A stretch of 64,000 bases of DNA from an uncultured Planctomycetota bacterium (GTDB lineage Bacteria; Planctomycetota; Planctomycetia; Isosphaerales; Isosphaeraceae): assembly GCA_963737655.1 (NCBI GenBank), contig CAVTTN010000002.1, positions 5,920,001 to 5,984,000 on the forward strand, given 5' to 3'. The position numbers were made by a program, and so were the translations under genes. Below, piece by piece: positions 41,918 through 52,487 of the stretch. The stretch's first letter is position 1; every line of letters starts with the position of its first letter. Under the pieces are notes generated by a model. It did no database searches. It had not been told where the DNA came from and saw only the letters and a list, made by a program, of their open reading frames with translations.

Positions 41918-43731
41918 TCCTCAAGGAGCTGGCCGACCTGGCGAAGCGCGAGGGGCTGGTCGAGGACCCCGACTTCGAGCCCAAGCCCGTACGGTGGATC
42001 GTGCACATCGGCCTGGATGGGCAATTCTTCGGAATGGTCGACACGCGGGTTGAGGTCGACGGCAAGGCCCGGCCCAAGGTCCTCCAGGTGCCCCGCGCTC
42101 CGGTCCGGACGAGCGGATCGGCGGCGAACTTCCTCGTGGACAAGGCCGAATACGCCCTCGGATACGACCCCGACGAGAACCCGAGGAAGGTCCCGAAGCT
42201 GGCGCTCCACCGCTCCCTGTTCGCCGCGTCTGTCGAGACGGCGCTGACTCTGGCCCCCGACGACGCCGGCCTGAAGGCCCTGCTCGCCTTCGTCCGGGAC
42301 GACGCGGCGGTCTCCGGGGCGATCGGGGCCGTCCGGGGAAAGGCCGCCGCGAATGACCTGTTCGCGTTCCGCGCGATGCTCGGCGACGAGTCGGGCATGG
42401 TCCACGACCGCGAAGCCGTACGCTCGGCCTGGAAGGCGATGCGGCACCCGGCCGTCGAGGCGGGCGCCGACCTCCCGGAATGCCTCGTCTGCGGGGGCAG
42501 GGCCCCGGCCGTCGCCCACCCGCAGGTCAAGAGGATCCCCGGGGGCTCGACCTCGGGCATCGCGATCGTGTCGTCGAACGCAAGCGCCTTCGAGTCCTAC
42601 GGCCAGGAGGGGAACGAGGGAGCGCCGATCTGCCGCGAGTGCTCCGACTCCTACGGGACGGCCCTGAGCCGCCTGTTCCACCCGCAGTATACCGCCCCCG
42701 ACGGCCGGACCTTGCCCCGCCGGTCCTTCCGGCTCTCCGACGACACCGGGGTCGTCTACTGGGCCTCAGGAGCGGAGGAGCATCAGTTCGAAAACGAGAT
42801 CGGAGAACTCGATTTCGAGGACGCAGGCAAGGCCGGGGCGTTGTTCGAGGCCGTCCATTCCGGCAAGGGCGTCCTCCTCGGGGATACCACGCCGTTCCAC
42901 GCCCTGATCGTCACCGGGGGGCAGGGCCGGGCGACGCTTCGGAGCTACTTCCAATCGACCGTCGGCGAGGTCGCGGCGCATTTGCGGGAGTATTTCGAGG
43001 ACATCGAGATCGTCCGGCGGTTCCCGAACTCGCCGAGGTGGCCGCCGCTGTCGTGGCTGGTCCGCTCGCTGGCGGCCCAGGGGAAGTTCGAGAACGTGGC
43101 GCCGGCCCTCGCCGGCCGGCTGTTCCTGGCCATCCTCTCGGGCGAGTCGTTCCCCGCCGAGGTCCTCTCGGCGGCGATCGCCCGCATCCGCTCCGAGCCC
43201 GAAAAGCCCGACCAGGGGAAGTACAAGCACACCCGCGAACGGATGGCTCTGATCCGCGCCACGATCAACCGCTGGCTGAAGCCCCACGACCAGCGGGCCC
43301 CCGATCACCGAGTCGCCTCCCTGATCCGAAAGGAGATCCCGCCCGTGCTCGACGAGACCTGCTCCAACAATGCCTATTGCCTGGGCCGTCTGTTCGCCGT
43401 CCTGGAGAAGCTCCAGGGCGAGGCGATCGGCAAGGTCAACGCCTCGATCGCCGACCGCTTCTACGGGGCGGCCTCGGCCACTCCGGCGTCCGTCTTCGGC
43501 ACGCTCCTGCGCAAGGCACAGAGCCATCTCGCGAAGATGTCCGGGCCGTTCTACGTCCAGAAGATCCAGGAGGTGATGAACCTCCTAAGCCCGCCCGAAC
43601 CCTTCCCGACGACCCTCACCCTGGCCGAGCAGGGCCTGTTCGCCCTGGGTTACTACCAGCAACGGGCCGAACTCTGGACCAAGAAGCCCTCCCCGCAAGA
43701 CGACGCGGCCGGGTCCGAGACGAACTCCTGA
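41914..43731 (+). CDS. cas8c: Cas8c (Csd1)
   Basis: RTSGSAANFLVDKAEY, CLVCG, SAFESYG, AYCLGRLFAVLEKLQ, EQGLFALGYYQQ. Confidence 0.96.
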   Translation: MILKELADLAKREGLVEDPDFEPKPVRWIVHIGLDGQFFGMVDTRVEVDGKARPKVLQVPRAPVRTSGSAANFLVDKAEYALGYDPDENPRKVPKLALHRSLFAASVETALTLAPDDAGLKALLAFVRDDAAVSGAIGAVRGKAAANDLFAFRAMLGDESGMVHDREAVRSAWKAMRHPAVEAGADLPECLVCGGRAPAVAHPQVKRIPGGSTSGIAIVSSNASAFESYGQEGNEGAPICRECSDSYGTALSRLFHPQYTAPDGRTLPRRSFRLSDDTGVVYWASGAEEHQFENEIGELDFEDAGKAGALFEAVHSGKGVLLGDTTPFHALIVTGGQGRATLRSYFQSTVGEVAAHLREYFEDIEIVRRFPNSPRWPPLSWLVRSLAAQGKFENVAPALAGRLFLAILSGESFPAEVLSAAIARIRSEPEKPDQGKYKHTRERMALIRATINRWLKPHDQRAPDHRVASLIRKEIPPVLDETCSNNAYCLGRLFAVLEKLQGEAIGKVNASIADRFYGAASATPASVFGTLLRKAQSHLAKMSGPFYVQKIQEVMNLLSPPEPFPTTLTLAEQGLFALGYYQQRAELWTKKPSPQDDAAGSETNS

Positions 43732-43794
43732 TTCCCTACCACTCGCTTCCAATCGACTGTCCCCCGAACCCCTGGACTTAGCCGGAGCCTCCCC

Positions 43795-44826
43795 ATGTCC
43801 GAACCGTCTCAGCCCGTCGATCGCCGCCACGAGTTCGTCCTGTTCTTCGACGTCCAGGACGGCAACCCCAACGGCGACCCCGACGCCGGCAACGCCCCCC
43901 GGATCGACCCTGAGACCGGCCAGGGGCTAGTCACCGATGTCTGTTTGAAGCGCAAGGTCCGCAACTTCGTCCAGCTCACCCAGGCCGAGGGCCAGGGGGC
44001 CGAGCGGAGGCCGATCGGCGGTTACGAGATCTACGTGAAGGAGCGGGGCATCCTCGCCGCCGAGCAGAAGAAGGCCTATTCGGCGATCGGCAAGGAACCC
44101 GACAGCCGGACCGCCACCGTGAAGGAGGCCCGCGCCTGGATGTGCAAGACCTTCTTCGACGTCCGGGCCTTCGGCGCCGTGATGAGCACGGGCAAGGCGG
44201 GCGACGAGGACGCCGAGCCTAGGGCCGAGAAGGGGACGAAGGACAAGGACGCGCCCGCCAAGAAGAAGCCGGCCGGTGCGCAGAAGCACTGGAATTGCGG
44301 GCAGGTGCGGGGGCCGATCCAGCTCTCGTTCTCGCGGTCGATCGACCCGATCCTCACCCTGGAGCACGCGATCACGCGAGTGGCCCTGACCAACAAGGAC
44401 GACACCAAGCGGGGCCAGGATCTCACCGGCGAGGGCGAGGAGGCATCCAGCGGGCAGATGGGCCGGAAGTCCACGGTCCCCTACGCCCTGTATCGGGGCC
44501 ATGGCTTCGTCTCCCCCTACCTGGCGCTGGATACTGGCTTCACCCGGGCGGACCTCGACCTGTTCTGGAAGGCCCTGGTCGGCATGTTCGATCACGACCG
44601 CTCCGCCTCCCGGGGGGTGATGGCCGCCCGGACGCTGATCGTCTTCGAGCACGCCTCGGCCCTGGGCAACCACCCGGCTCACCGCCTGTTCGAGCGTGTG
44701 AAGTGCGCTCGCACGCCGGAAGACGACCCGACCCGGGCGAAGCGGCCCGCCCGGAGGTTCGAGGATTACCGGGTCACGGTCGATGAGTCGGCCATCGAGG
44801 GGGTCACGATCCGCTCGCTGATCTGA
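43795..44826 (+). CDS. cas7c: Cas7c (Csd2)
   Basis: NPNGDPDAGNAPRID, TDVCLKRKVRN, FFDVRAFGAV, GQVRGPIQ, MGRKSTVPYALY, DRSASRG. Confidence 0.97.
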   Translation: MSEPSQPVDRRHEFVLFFDVQDGNPNGDPDAGNAPRIDPETGQGLVTDVCLKRKVRNFVQLTQAEGQGAERRPIGGYEIYVKERGILAAEQKKAYSAIGKEPDSRTATVKEARAWMCKTFFDVRAFGAVMSTGKAGDEDAEPRAEKGTKDKDAPAKKKPAGAQKHWNCGQVRGPIQLSFSRSIDPILTLEHAITRVALTNKDDTKRGQDLTGEGEEASSGQMGRKSTVPYALYRGHGFVSPYLALDTGFTRADLDLFWKALVGMFDHDRSASRGVMAARTLIVFEHASALGNHPAHRLFERVKCARTPEDDPTRAKRPARRFEDYRVTVDESAIEGVTIRSLI

Positions 44827-44846
44827 GGCTCGACCGGGCCCGTCGC

Positions 44847-44889
44847 GACGAGGGGCGAGGATTGCGGACCTCGCCCCTCGTCCGCAATC
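44847..44889 (+). other. Structured intergenic element (14-bp hairpin plus alternative/pseudoknot pairing) before the cas4 RBS
   Basis: GACGAGGGGCGAGG pairs with CCTCGCCCCTCGTC; GATTGCGGAC (44860-69) is also the reverse complement of GTCCGCAATC (44880-89). Confidence 0.6.
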
Positions 44890-44902
44890 GGAGGACGAAA
44901 CG

Positions 44903-45562
44903 ATGGAGATCGACGACTACCTGCCGCTCTCGGCGCTCCAGCACCTGATCTTCTGCGAGAGGCAGTTCGCCCTGATCCACGTCGAGGGGATCTGGGCCGA
45001 GAACGAGCTGACGATCTCCGGCCGCCAGCTCCACGAGCGGGCCGACCTCCCCGGCCAGTCCCTCGGCGCCTCGATCCGCGTCTCCCGGGCCCTGCCGCTC
45101 CGCTGCGATCGCCTCCGACTCTCGGGCAGGGCCGACGTGGTCGAGTTCCACCGCGAGGCCGGCCCCGGAGGCCCCGTCTGGCGCCCCTTCCCCGTCGAGT
45201 ACAAGCGGGGACGACCCAAGAGGGGCGGGGCCGACGAGGTCCAGCTCTGCGCCCAGGCCCTCTGCCTCGAGGAGATGACCGGGCTGGACGTCCCTCGCGG
45301 GGCCCTCTTCTACGGGACCACGAGGCGGAGGAAGCCGGTCGAATTCGATGCCCCCCTCCGGGCCCGGGTCGAGGCCGCCGCCCTCAGGTGCCATGCCCTG
45401 TTCGACGCCCGCTCGACCCCGAGAGCGACGCGGGACCGACGATGCGACCGCTGCTCCCTGCTCGACTTCTGCCTGCCGGGCGTGACGGGCCCGGCAGCCC
45501 CCCCGACGATCGACCCCGCCGACCCCCGACGCTACGCCCTTGTCCCGGAGGCCCCCCCGTGA
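44903..45562 (+). CDS. cas4: Cas4
   Basis: LSALQHLIFCERQ, GRADVVEF, PVEYKRG, QLCAQALCLEEM, CDRCSLLDFC. Confidence 0.97.
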   Translation: MEIDDYLPLSALQHLIFCERQFALIHVEGIWAENELTISGRQLHERADLPGQSLGASIRVSRALPLRCDRLRLSGRADVVEFHREAGPGGPVWRPFPVEYKRGRPKRGGADEVQLCAQALCLEEMTGLDVPRGALFYGTTRRRKPVEFDAPLRARVEAAALRCHALFDARSTPRATRDRRCDRCSLLDFCLPGVTGPAAPPTIDPADPRRYALVPEAPP

Positions 45563-46593
45563 GCGCCTACCACAACACCCTCTTCGTCACCACCCCCGGC
45601 GCCTACCTCGCCAAGGACCGCGAGAACCTGGCCGTGAGGGTCGAGCACCAGACCCGGCTCGCCGTCCCCTTCCACCACCTCGGCGGGGTCGTCTGCCTCG
45701 GGCCGGTCTCGGCCAGCCCCGAGCTGATGGCCGCCTGCGCCGAGAGGGGCATCGGCCTGTCCTTCCTCGACGGGGACGGCCGGTTCCTCGCGCGGGTGGA
45801 GGGGCCGGCCTCCGGCAACGTCCTGCTCCGCCGTCGCCAGTATCGCCTCGCCGACGACCCGGTCGCCGCGGCGGGGCTGGCCCGGTCCTTCGTCGTCGGC
45901 AAGGTGGCGAACGCCCGGGCCCTGATCGTCCGCTCCGCCCGCGAGCAGAAGGACCCGGCCCGCTCGGCCATCCTGGACTCGGCCGCCACGAGGCTCTCCG
46001 AGCGGCTCGCCGACCTGGGCAGGCCCGGCCAATCGCTCGAGACCGTCCGCGGCCTCGAAGGAGAGGCCGCCGCCACTTACTTCGCCGCCTTCGACGCCAT
46101 GATCCGCGCCGCCGACCCCGCCCTCCGGTTCGCGACCAGGAGCCGCCGCCCCCCGAGGGACCCTGTCAACGCGATGCTGTCGTTCGCCTACGCCCTGGTG
46201 CGTCACGACTGCACCTCGGCCCTCGCCGCCGTGGGCCTCGACCCGGCCGTCGGCTACCTGCACGCCGACCGGCCCGGGCGGCCCTCGCTCGCCCTGGACC
46301 TGATGGAGGAGTTCCGCCACTCCCTGGCCGACCGGCTCGTCCTGGCCATGATCAACCGCGGGCAGGTCTCGCCCTCGGGGTTCGTGAGCGACCCGGCCGG
46401 CGGGGTCGCGATGGACGCCGCGATGCGCAAGGCCGTCATCGTCGCCTACCAGGAACGCAAGCAGTCGTCGCTGACCCACCCCCTGACCGGCGAGGCGACG
46501 AGCTTCGCGATCGTGCCCCACATCCAGGCCCGCCTCCTGGCCCGGACGATCCGGGGCGACCTGGACCCCTATCCGCCGTTCCTCGTCCGTTGA
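45559..46593 (+). CDS. cas1: Cas1 (I-C)
   Basis: NTLFVTTPGAYL, SGNVLLRRRQY, RGLEGEAA, DPVNAMLSFAY, LALDLMEEFR; GTG overlaps the cas4 stop. Confidence 0.97.
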   Translation: MSAYHNTLFVTTPGAYLAKDRENLAVRVEHQTRLAVPFHHLGGVVCLGPVSASPELMAACAERGIGLSFLDGDGRFLARVEGPASGNVLLRRRQYRLADDPVAAAGLARSFVVGKVANARALIVRSAREQKDPARSAILDSAATRLSERLADLGRPGQSLETVRGLEGEAAATYFAAFDAMIRAADPALRFATRSRRPPRDPVNAMLSFAYALVRHDCTSALAAVGLDPAVGYLHADRPGRPSLALDLMEEFRHSLADRLVLAMINRGQVSPSGFVSDPAGGVAMDAAMRKAVIVAYQERKQSSLTHPLTGEATSFAIVPHIQARLLARTIRGDLDPYPPFLVR

Positions 46594-46613
46594 ACCTCCG
46601 AGGGGACCCCGCC

Positions 46614-46904
46614 ATGTTCGTCCTGGTCTGCTACGACGTCTCGACCACGACCCCGGCCGGCCGTCGGCGACTGAGGAGGGTGGCTCGCCTCTGCAAAGAC
46701 TTCGGCCAGCGGGTCCAGCAGAGCGTCTTCGAGTGCGACGTCGGCGAGGCGCAATGGGTGACCCTCCGACCGGCCCTCCTCGCGGAGTTCGACCCGAACG
46801 AGGACAGTCTCCGCTTCTACCGCCTCGGGGAGGCCCCCTCGTCCCGGGCCGAGCATCACGGGGTGCGGCCCTCGGTCGATTTTCAGGGTCCGCTGATCGC
46901 CTGA
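46614..46904 (+). CDS. cas2: Cas2
   Basis: MFVLVCYDV...RRLRRVARLC..FGQRVQQSVFEC...DSLRFYRL. Confidence 0.97.
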   Translation: MFVLVCYDVSTTTPAGRRRLRRVARLCKDFGQRVQQSVFECDVGEAQWVTLRPALLAEFDPNEDSLRFYRLGEAPSSRAEHHGVRPSVDFQGPLIA

Positions 46905-47164
46905 GCCGTGGCCCCCGCCGCCGAAATCGCGCCAACCCCCATCCCGGACGATGCACTCGGTCCACCCGAGGGCCGGCGGACTCGAACGCGGACCAGAAGC
47001 GATGCTGGAAAGGGGGGAGGATCGCGATTTGAGGGAAGTTCTTGGCTACAAAAGGTTTTGGTCGAGTAGCGCGGTCAGAAACTCGGGAAACTACCCCAAT
47101 GGCTGATTGGCCCGCTTTCCAGGTAACACAAATCCTTAACCCGCAAGAACCTATGCCTACAGGG
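46905..47164 (+). promoter_or_regulatory. CRISPR leader of array 1
   Basis: Non-coding, comparatively AT-rich segment between cas2 and the first repeat. Confidence 0.75.
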
Positions 47165-50132
47165 GTTCCCCTCGTCGACGAGGCGAGGGGTGGGTTGAAA
47201 CAACTCGGTGAGTCCGAGGAAGCATAGCCTGACGGGTTCCCCTCGTCGACGAGGCGAGGGGTGGGTTGAAACGATATGCCTTGAAGCCACCCGCCATCCC
47301 CGACAAGTTCCCCTCGTCGACGAGGCGAGGGGTGGGTTGAAACATCGCCAGGGCGACGACCCCCCGCGCCTCCAGGGCGTTCCCCTCGTCGACGAGGCGA
47401 GGGGTGGGTTGAAACGCGTAGGCGTAGAAGTGGGTCGGCTGGCCCCGGGTTCCCCTCGTCGACGAGGCGAGGGGTGGGTTGAAACTGCTCCCGGCCGCCG
47501 GCCACATCTGGCAGATCGAGTTCCCCTCGTCGACGAGGCGAGGGGTGGGTTGAAACCTCGCGTTCGGCTGGGCCCGGGGCAAGGACATCGTTCCCCTCGT
47601 CGACGAGGCGAGGGGTGGGTTGAAACACGCCGGGGGGTGACCCCGAGGCGTCTCCGCTGGTTCCCCTCGTCGACGAGGCGAGGGGTGGGTTGAAACCCGT
47701 CCGCATCCACCGGACGACCGACCGGCATGGTTCCCCTCGTCGACGAGGCGAGGGGTGGGTTGAAACCGCGACTACGCCTACACCGCGTGCCGGTGGAGGG
47801 GTTCCCCTCGTCGACGAGGCGAGGGGTGGGTTGAAACGGTGCCTTGCGCGACGTCCAGCGAGGGCTGTCGCGTTCCCCTCGTCGACGAGGCGAGGGGTGG
47901 GTTGAAACGCGATCCCCCCCCCAACGTCGGCGGCGGCCCCGTGTTCCCCTCGTCGACGAGGCGAGGGGTGGGTTGAAACGACACGATCGCCTCCACGCCC
48001 TCCGCGCCGTACCGTTCCCCTCGTCGACGAGGCGAGGGGTGGGTTGAAACTCCCAGATCTTCGTGGCGAGGCCCTCGAACGGGCAGTTCCCCTCGTCGAC
48101 GAGGCGAGGGGTGGGTTGAAACTCGAACTGGCCCCGGCGGACGAGCTCCTCGTGCAGGTTCCCCTCGTCGACGAGGCGAGGGGTGGGTTGAAACGCCAAT
48201 TTCGTGGAATTGCTGGCCATCTCCTGGCGTTCCCCTCGTCGACGAGGCGAGGGGTGGGTTGAAACGTCGCCGGCTACGGCAACGACGGCACGAGCCTGCC
48301 GTTCCCCTCGTCGACGAGGCGAGGGGTGGGTTGAAACGTTGAGGGCCTCGGCATCGAGCCAGTGGGGCGGCGTTCCCCTCGTCGACGAGGCGAGGGGTGG
48401 GTTGAAACCTTCCAGCAGACCGAGTGTCGATCGACCCCGGCCGGTTCCCCTCGTCGACGAGGCGAGGGGTGGGTTGAAACCGGAACCAGGGCCACGACTC
48501 GGCCGAGGAAGCCCAGGTTCCCCTCGTCGACGAGGCGAGGGGTGGGTTGAAACAGTTGCGGGCCGACGTCGCTGGGGTGCGACCTGGGCGTTCCCCTCGT
48601 CGACGAGGCGAGGGGTGGGTTGAAACCAGTACAAGCAGGAGGTCCTGGACCACGGCACCGGGTTCCCCTCGTCGACGAGGCGAGGGGTGGGTTGAAACAG
48701 GCCGCGGTCAAGAAGCGGCTGAGCGGCGAAAAGTTCCCCTCGTCGACGAGGCGAGGGGTGGGTTGAAACGGTTCAGGGGTTGATAAGGCGGAGGACCTCG
48801 ACCCGTTCCCCTCGTCGACGAGGCGAGGGGTGGGTTGAAACCATGATGAGGCGGAGCCGGCAGCACCGGGAGTGGCGTTCCCCTCGTCGACGAGGCGAGG
48901 GGTGGGTTGAAACATGTCGAGCAGGAAGCCCGTCCTGCCGCCCGAGCTGTTCCCCTCGTCGACGAGGCGAGGGGTGGGTTGAAACCGGCTCTTCGACGAC
49001 ATCATGCGGGACGAGGACATGTTCCCCTCGTCGACGAGGCGAGGGGTGGGTTGAAACCTTGCGCGAGTGCAACGCCGAGATCGACCGCGAGCTGGTTCCC
49101 CTCGTCGACGAGGCGAGGGGTGGGTTGAAACCTCGAGTCGGACCGCCGGGAGGACGCCGGCGCGGGGTTCCCCTCGTCGACTAGGCGAGGGGTGGGTTGA
49201 AACCGGCCACCTGGACCCCTCGACGCGTGCCGAAGCGTTCCCCTCGTCGACGAGGCGAGGGGTGGGTTGAAACTTCGGTGGCCAACCGGAACGCGAGCAA
49301 TTCGTCGTTCCCCTCGTCGACGAGGCGAGGGGTGGGTTGAAACCCGACGGACTGGGGCCGGCGGCTTCGGGCCGGGGCGTTCCCCTCGTCGACGAGGCGA
49401 GGGGTGGGTTGAAACGGGTCCAGGTCCGGCCGGATCGCCTTCAGCTCGGCCGTTCCCCTCGTCGACGAGGCGAGGGGTGGGTTGAAACGGCCCCGACGGC
49501 TATCCCGAGATCGAGGCGTTCGCGTTCCCCTCGTCGACGAGGCGAGGGGTGGGTTGAAACTGGTCGGGCGGTCCCGGGGCCGGCCTCCGCGACGGTTCCC
49601 CTCGTCGACGAGGCGAGGGGTGGGTTGAAACATTACGGCCAGGACGGCGCGTCGGTGGCGATCGGTTCCCCTCGTCGACGAGGCGAGGGGTGGGTTGAAA
49701 CAGGTCGGCCAGGGTCTTCGCGAGGTCGGCGAGCTGGTTCCCCTCGTCGACGAGGCGAGGGGTGGGTTGAAACACCTACGCGACGACGCCGGCCCAGACC
49801 GGCTCGCGGTTCCCCTCGTCGACGAGGCGAGGGGTGGGTTGAAACGGCGACGACGAGGCGACGATCGCCGCGTTGGCGGGGTTCCCCTCGTCGACGAGGC
49901 GAGGGGTGGGTTGAAACTCGGAGGTCGAGGACGTCCAGTGGGACCGCAAGGGGTTCCCCTCGTCGACGAGGCGAGGGGTGGGTTGAAACTCGGCCACCTG
50001 GGCCCGCAACACGTCCACGGGCGGTTCCCCTCGTCGACGAGGCGAGGGGTGGGTTGAAACTATTCGACCGCCGTGAACCGCGCCGGCCTCACCGGGTTCC
50101 CCTCGTCGACGAGGCGAGGGGTGGGTTGAAAC
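47165..50132 (+). CRISPR. CRISPR array 1: 42 copies of the 37-nt repeat GTTCCCCTCGTCGACGAGGCGAGGGGTGGGTTGAAAC, 41 spacers of 33-37 nt
   Basis: Repeats counted by hand from 47165 to 50096; stem CCCCTCG/CGAGGGG plus 11-nt tail; copy 29 (49167) has G>T at 49182; possible degenerate terminal repeat at 50163-50198. Confidence 0.99.
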
Positions 50133-50425
50133 AAGTCTCCCAACTACCCTAGCCCTCGCCCAGTTCCGTCGCCTCGTCGGCGAGAGTTGAGCTCAAATCG
50201 GAATCGGACCGAGTGGAGACGAATTGCTTCGACGCTCTGGATCGCCTCCTCTGAAAGACCTCGGTCGGAAATCTGTACTCACTTTGTACTCATTTACCGG
50301 TCGGCGTACTGCCCTTCCCCGCACTTTCTCGCGTTCCGACGCACCGCTTTGCAAACGGCCCCGATCGCTGTATGATACTTCGCAGGAAGGCATTCCGGCG
50401 ATTTTCGGGGCGGGTGACGACCCGT

Positions 50426-50468
50426 TTCCCAAGCTGGACGTCAGGGGTTCGAATCCCCTCGCCCGCTC
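50426..50468 (+). mobile_element. 3' half of tRNA-Gly(CCC): probable att site
   Basis: TTCCCAAGCTGGACGTCAGGGGTTCGAATCCCCTCGCCCGCT gives anticodon loop, T-arm (AGGGG-TTCGAAT-CCCCT) and 3' acceptor strand; no D-arm/5' half upstream. Confidence 0.8.
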
Positions 50469-50692
50469 TTGACTTAGGACAACAGGGCCGGTCTGGTTGC
50501 ACCCTGGGTTGCACCGGGGCTACGCGGCATCACGGGGTTACACGACCCCTGAGCGGTGCCAGCTCCAACCATGATGGGCAGCGAGAGGCAGGGGCACCGA
50601 CCCGCCGGGCGATCGGCTGGAGTCGAGTCGGTTGGAGCGGGTGCCGTGATCCTCCTGAGCCTATACCGGGCCACGGGCCAGGCTCGCCCCTT

Positions 50693-50870
50693 CGAAGATC
50701 GCATGACCGTGAGCTTAGGCCGAGAGACCTGCTGGCGGTCGCGCTGCTCAGGTGCGTTGAGAGGTTTCAATCAGCTCCCGACTCAGAGGCCGGGAGAGGC
50801 GTGAAGTCCGCTCGCATGGTCGCTCCCCTCCGCGTTTCAATCAGCTCCCGACTCAGAGGCCGGGAGAGGC
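50693..50870 (-). CRISPR. CRISPR mini-array 2: repeat GCCTCTCCCGGCCTCTGAGTCGGGAGCTGATTGAAAC, 2 perfect copies + 1 degenerate, 2 spacers
   Basis: Identical 37-mers at 50764-50800 and 50834-50870 with a 33-nt spacer; remnant aggccgagagacc at 50717-50729 lies 34 nt further on; leader 50871-51118 follows cas2. Confidence 0.9.
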
Positions 50871-51118
50871 GGCCCTTCCCCAAGTGGCTCGGGCGCAGGG
50901 ATTTGCGAACAAGCCTTCGCGGACCTCGTCGGGATGCGGCCGAGGCCCGGTCGGTTATGGGGAGAGGGACTGCGTAAGGGTTCATGGGTCATGGATTTCG
51001 GACGATCGCGGACCCCCCGGCCCGACGCCGGAACGGGGGGTCCGCGATCCGTTCGACTCTACGTGGAAGCCTTCCGACTTGTCAAAGAGCGCGGGCCGAC
51101 CGGGGCTTCGGCCTCATC

Positions 51119-51409
51119 TCAGAGGATCAGGGGGCCGTCCAGGTCGAGCGGGGCGTTGACCCCGTGGTGCTCGATTTTCCTTCGGACGGCCTCGTCCAAA
51201 GGATAGATCCTCAGGCTGTCCTCGGCCGGGTCGATCTCACCCAGCAACGCCTCCCTGAGGAGGACCCATTGCTCCGGGCCGACCAGGCACTCGAAGACCG
51301 ACTGCTGGACGCGCTGGCCGTAGTTCTTGCAGGCCGTGGCCACGCGGCGGAGGCGTCGGCGGCCGGCCGGGGTGGTCGTGGCCACGTCGTAGGTCACGAG
51401 GATCAGCAT
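51119..51409 (-). CDS. cas2: Cas2 (system 2)
   Basis: MLILVTYDV...RRLRRVATACKNYGQRVQQSVFEC...DSLRIYPL. Confidence 0.97.
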   Translation of the reverse strand: MLILVTYDVATTTPAGRRRLRRVATACKNYGQRVQQSVFECLVGPEQWVLLREALLGEIDPAEDSLRIYPLDEAVRRKIEHHGVNAPLDLDGPLIL

Positions 51410-51422
51410 GGTCGGGCGGGCC

Positions 51423-52454
51423 TCAGCGGACGATGCATGGCGGGTAGGCCCCGGAATCGCCCCGGATGTGGCGGGCCAGGAGCTTCGCCTGGAGGAACGG
51501 GAGCTGCCCGATTCGCACCGGGGCGTCGAGCAGGGGGTGCTTCAGCTCGTCCCTCTTCCGCGCCACGTACGCCTGGACGAGGGTCTTGCGGGCCTCGGCG
51601 TTCATCTCGACGCCCCCTCCGTCCCGGCGGGCGAACTGCGAGGGCGCGACCTGCCGGCGGTTGATCAGGGCGAGGACCAGGCGGTCGGCGACGAGGGTGC
51701 GGAACTCCTCGACCAGGTCCAGGGCGAGCGAGGGGCGGCCGGGGCGGTCGGCGTGGAGGAAGCCGACGCTCGGGTCCAGGCCCGCGGCCGACAGGGCGGC
51801 GACGCAGTCGTGGACCATCAGGGCATAGGTGAACGAGAGCATCGCGTTGACCGGGTCGAGGGGCGGGCGTCGCGAGCGGCCGTCCATCGCCAGGTCCCGG
51901 CGGCCGTGGCGGATCATCCGCGGGAAGGCGGCGAAGTAGCAGCGGGCGGAGTCCCCTTCGCGGCCCCGGACCTCGTCGAGGGTCGCGGCGTCGGGGAGGC
52001 CCTCGATGCTCTCGGCCATCCGGCCGGCGGCGAAGTTCAGGGCGGCGACGTCGTCGGCCGAGTCGGACTCCCGGGCGGCCCGGAGCAGGGCGTTGCGGGC
52101 GTTGTGGACCTTGCCGGCGACGAACGAGCGGGCCAGGGGCAGGCAGGACTCGGGGCGGTCGGCGATCCGGAACTGCTGGCGGCGGAGCAGGACGTTGCCC
52201 GAGCCCGGGGCGTCCACCCGGCCGATCAGCCGGCCCGATTCGGACAGGAAGGTCACCGCCACGCCCGCCTCCAGGCAGAGCTCGATCAGCCCGGGGCTGA
52301 CCATCACCTGGCCGAAGGCGGCGATGGCGTCGAGGTTGTGGATCGGCAGGGCGAGCCTCTTCTGCTTCTCGACCTCGACGACGACCGTCCGGTGGTCGCG
52401 CCTCAGGTACGACCCCTGGGTGAAGACGTAGAGGGTGTTGAGCTGGATGTCCAC
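51423..52454 (-). CDS. cas1: Cas1 (I-C, system 2)
   Basis: LNTLYVFTQGSYL, SGNVLLRRQQF, RGREGDSA, DPVNAMLSFTY, LALDLVEEFR. Confidence 0.97.
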   Translation of the reverse strand: MDIQLNTLYVFTQGSYLRRDHRTVVVEVEKQKRLALPIHNLDAIAAFGQVMVSPGLIELCLEAGVAVTFLSESGRLIGRVDAPGSGNVLLRRQQFRIADRPESCLPLARSFVAGKVHNARNALLRAARESDSADDVAALNFAAGRMAESIEGLPDAATLDEVRGREGDSARCYFAAFPRMIRHGRRDLAMDGRSRRPPLDPVNAMLSFTYALMVHDCVAALSAAGLDPSVGFLHADRPGRPSLALDLVEEFRTLVADRLVLALINRRQVAPSQFARRDGGGVEMNAEARKTLVQAYVARKRDELKHPLLDAPVRIGQLPFLQAKLLARHIRGDSGAYPPCIVR

Positions 52455-52487
52455 GGAGGGCGCCTCCCGGGTCGCCGACGGGGGGTT

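Noticed and set aside
49167..49203. Variant repeat (G>T at 49182)
   Set aside because: Single change in the hairpin loop; stem and handle are intact, so no functional inference is warranted.
49702..49736. Spacer 36 resembling the start of cas8c (41926-41946) as self-targeting
   Set aside because: The match is partial and PAM-distal; the alternative 11-nt seed match lacks a TTC PAM. Likely chance in GC-rich coding DNA.
47075..50152. Many ORFs across the CRISPR array
   Set aside because: They are translations of the repeat (FQPTPRLVDEGN etc.), not genes.
50400..50470. Complete tRNA-Gly gene
   Set aside because: No D-arm or 5' anticodon-stem strand; only the 3' half is present, so it is treated as an att remnant.
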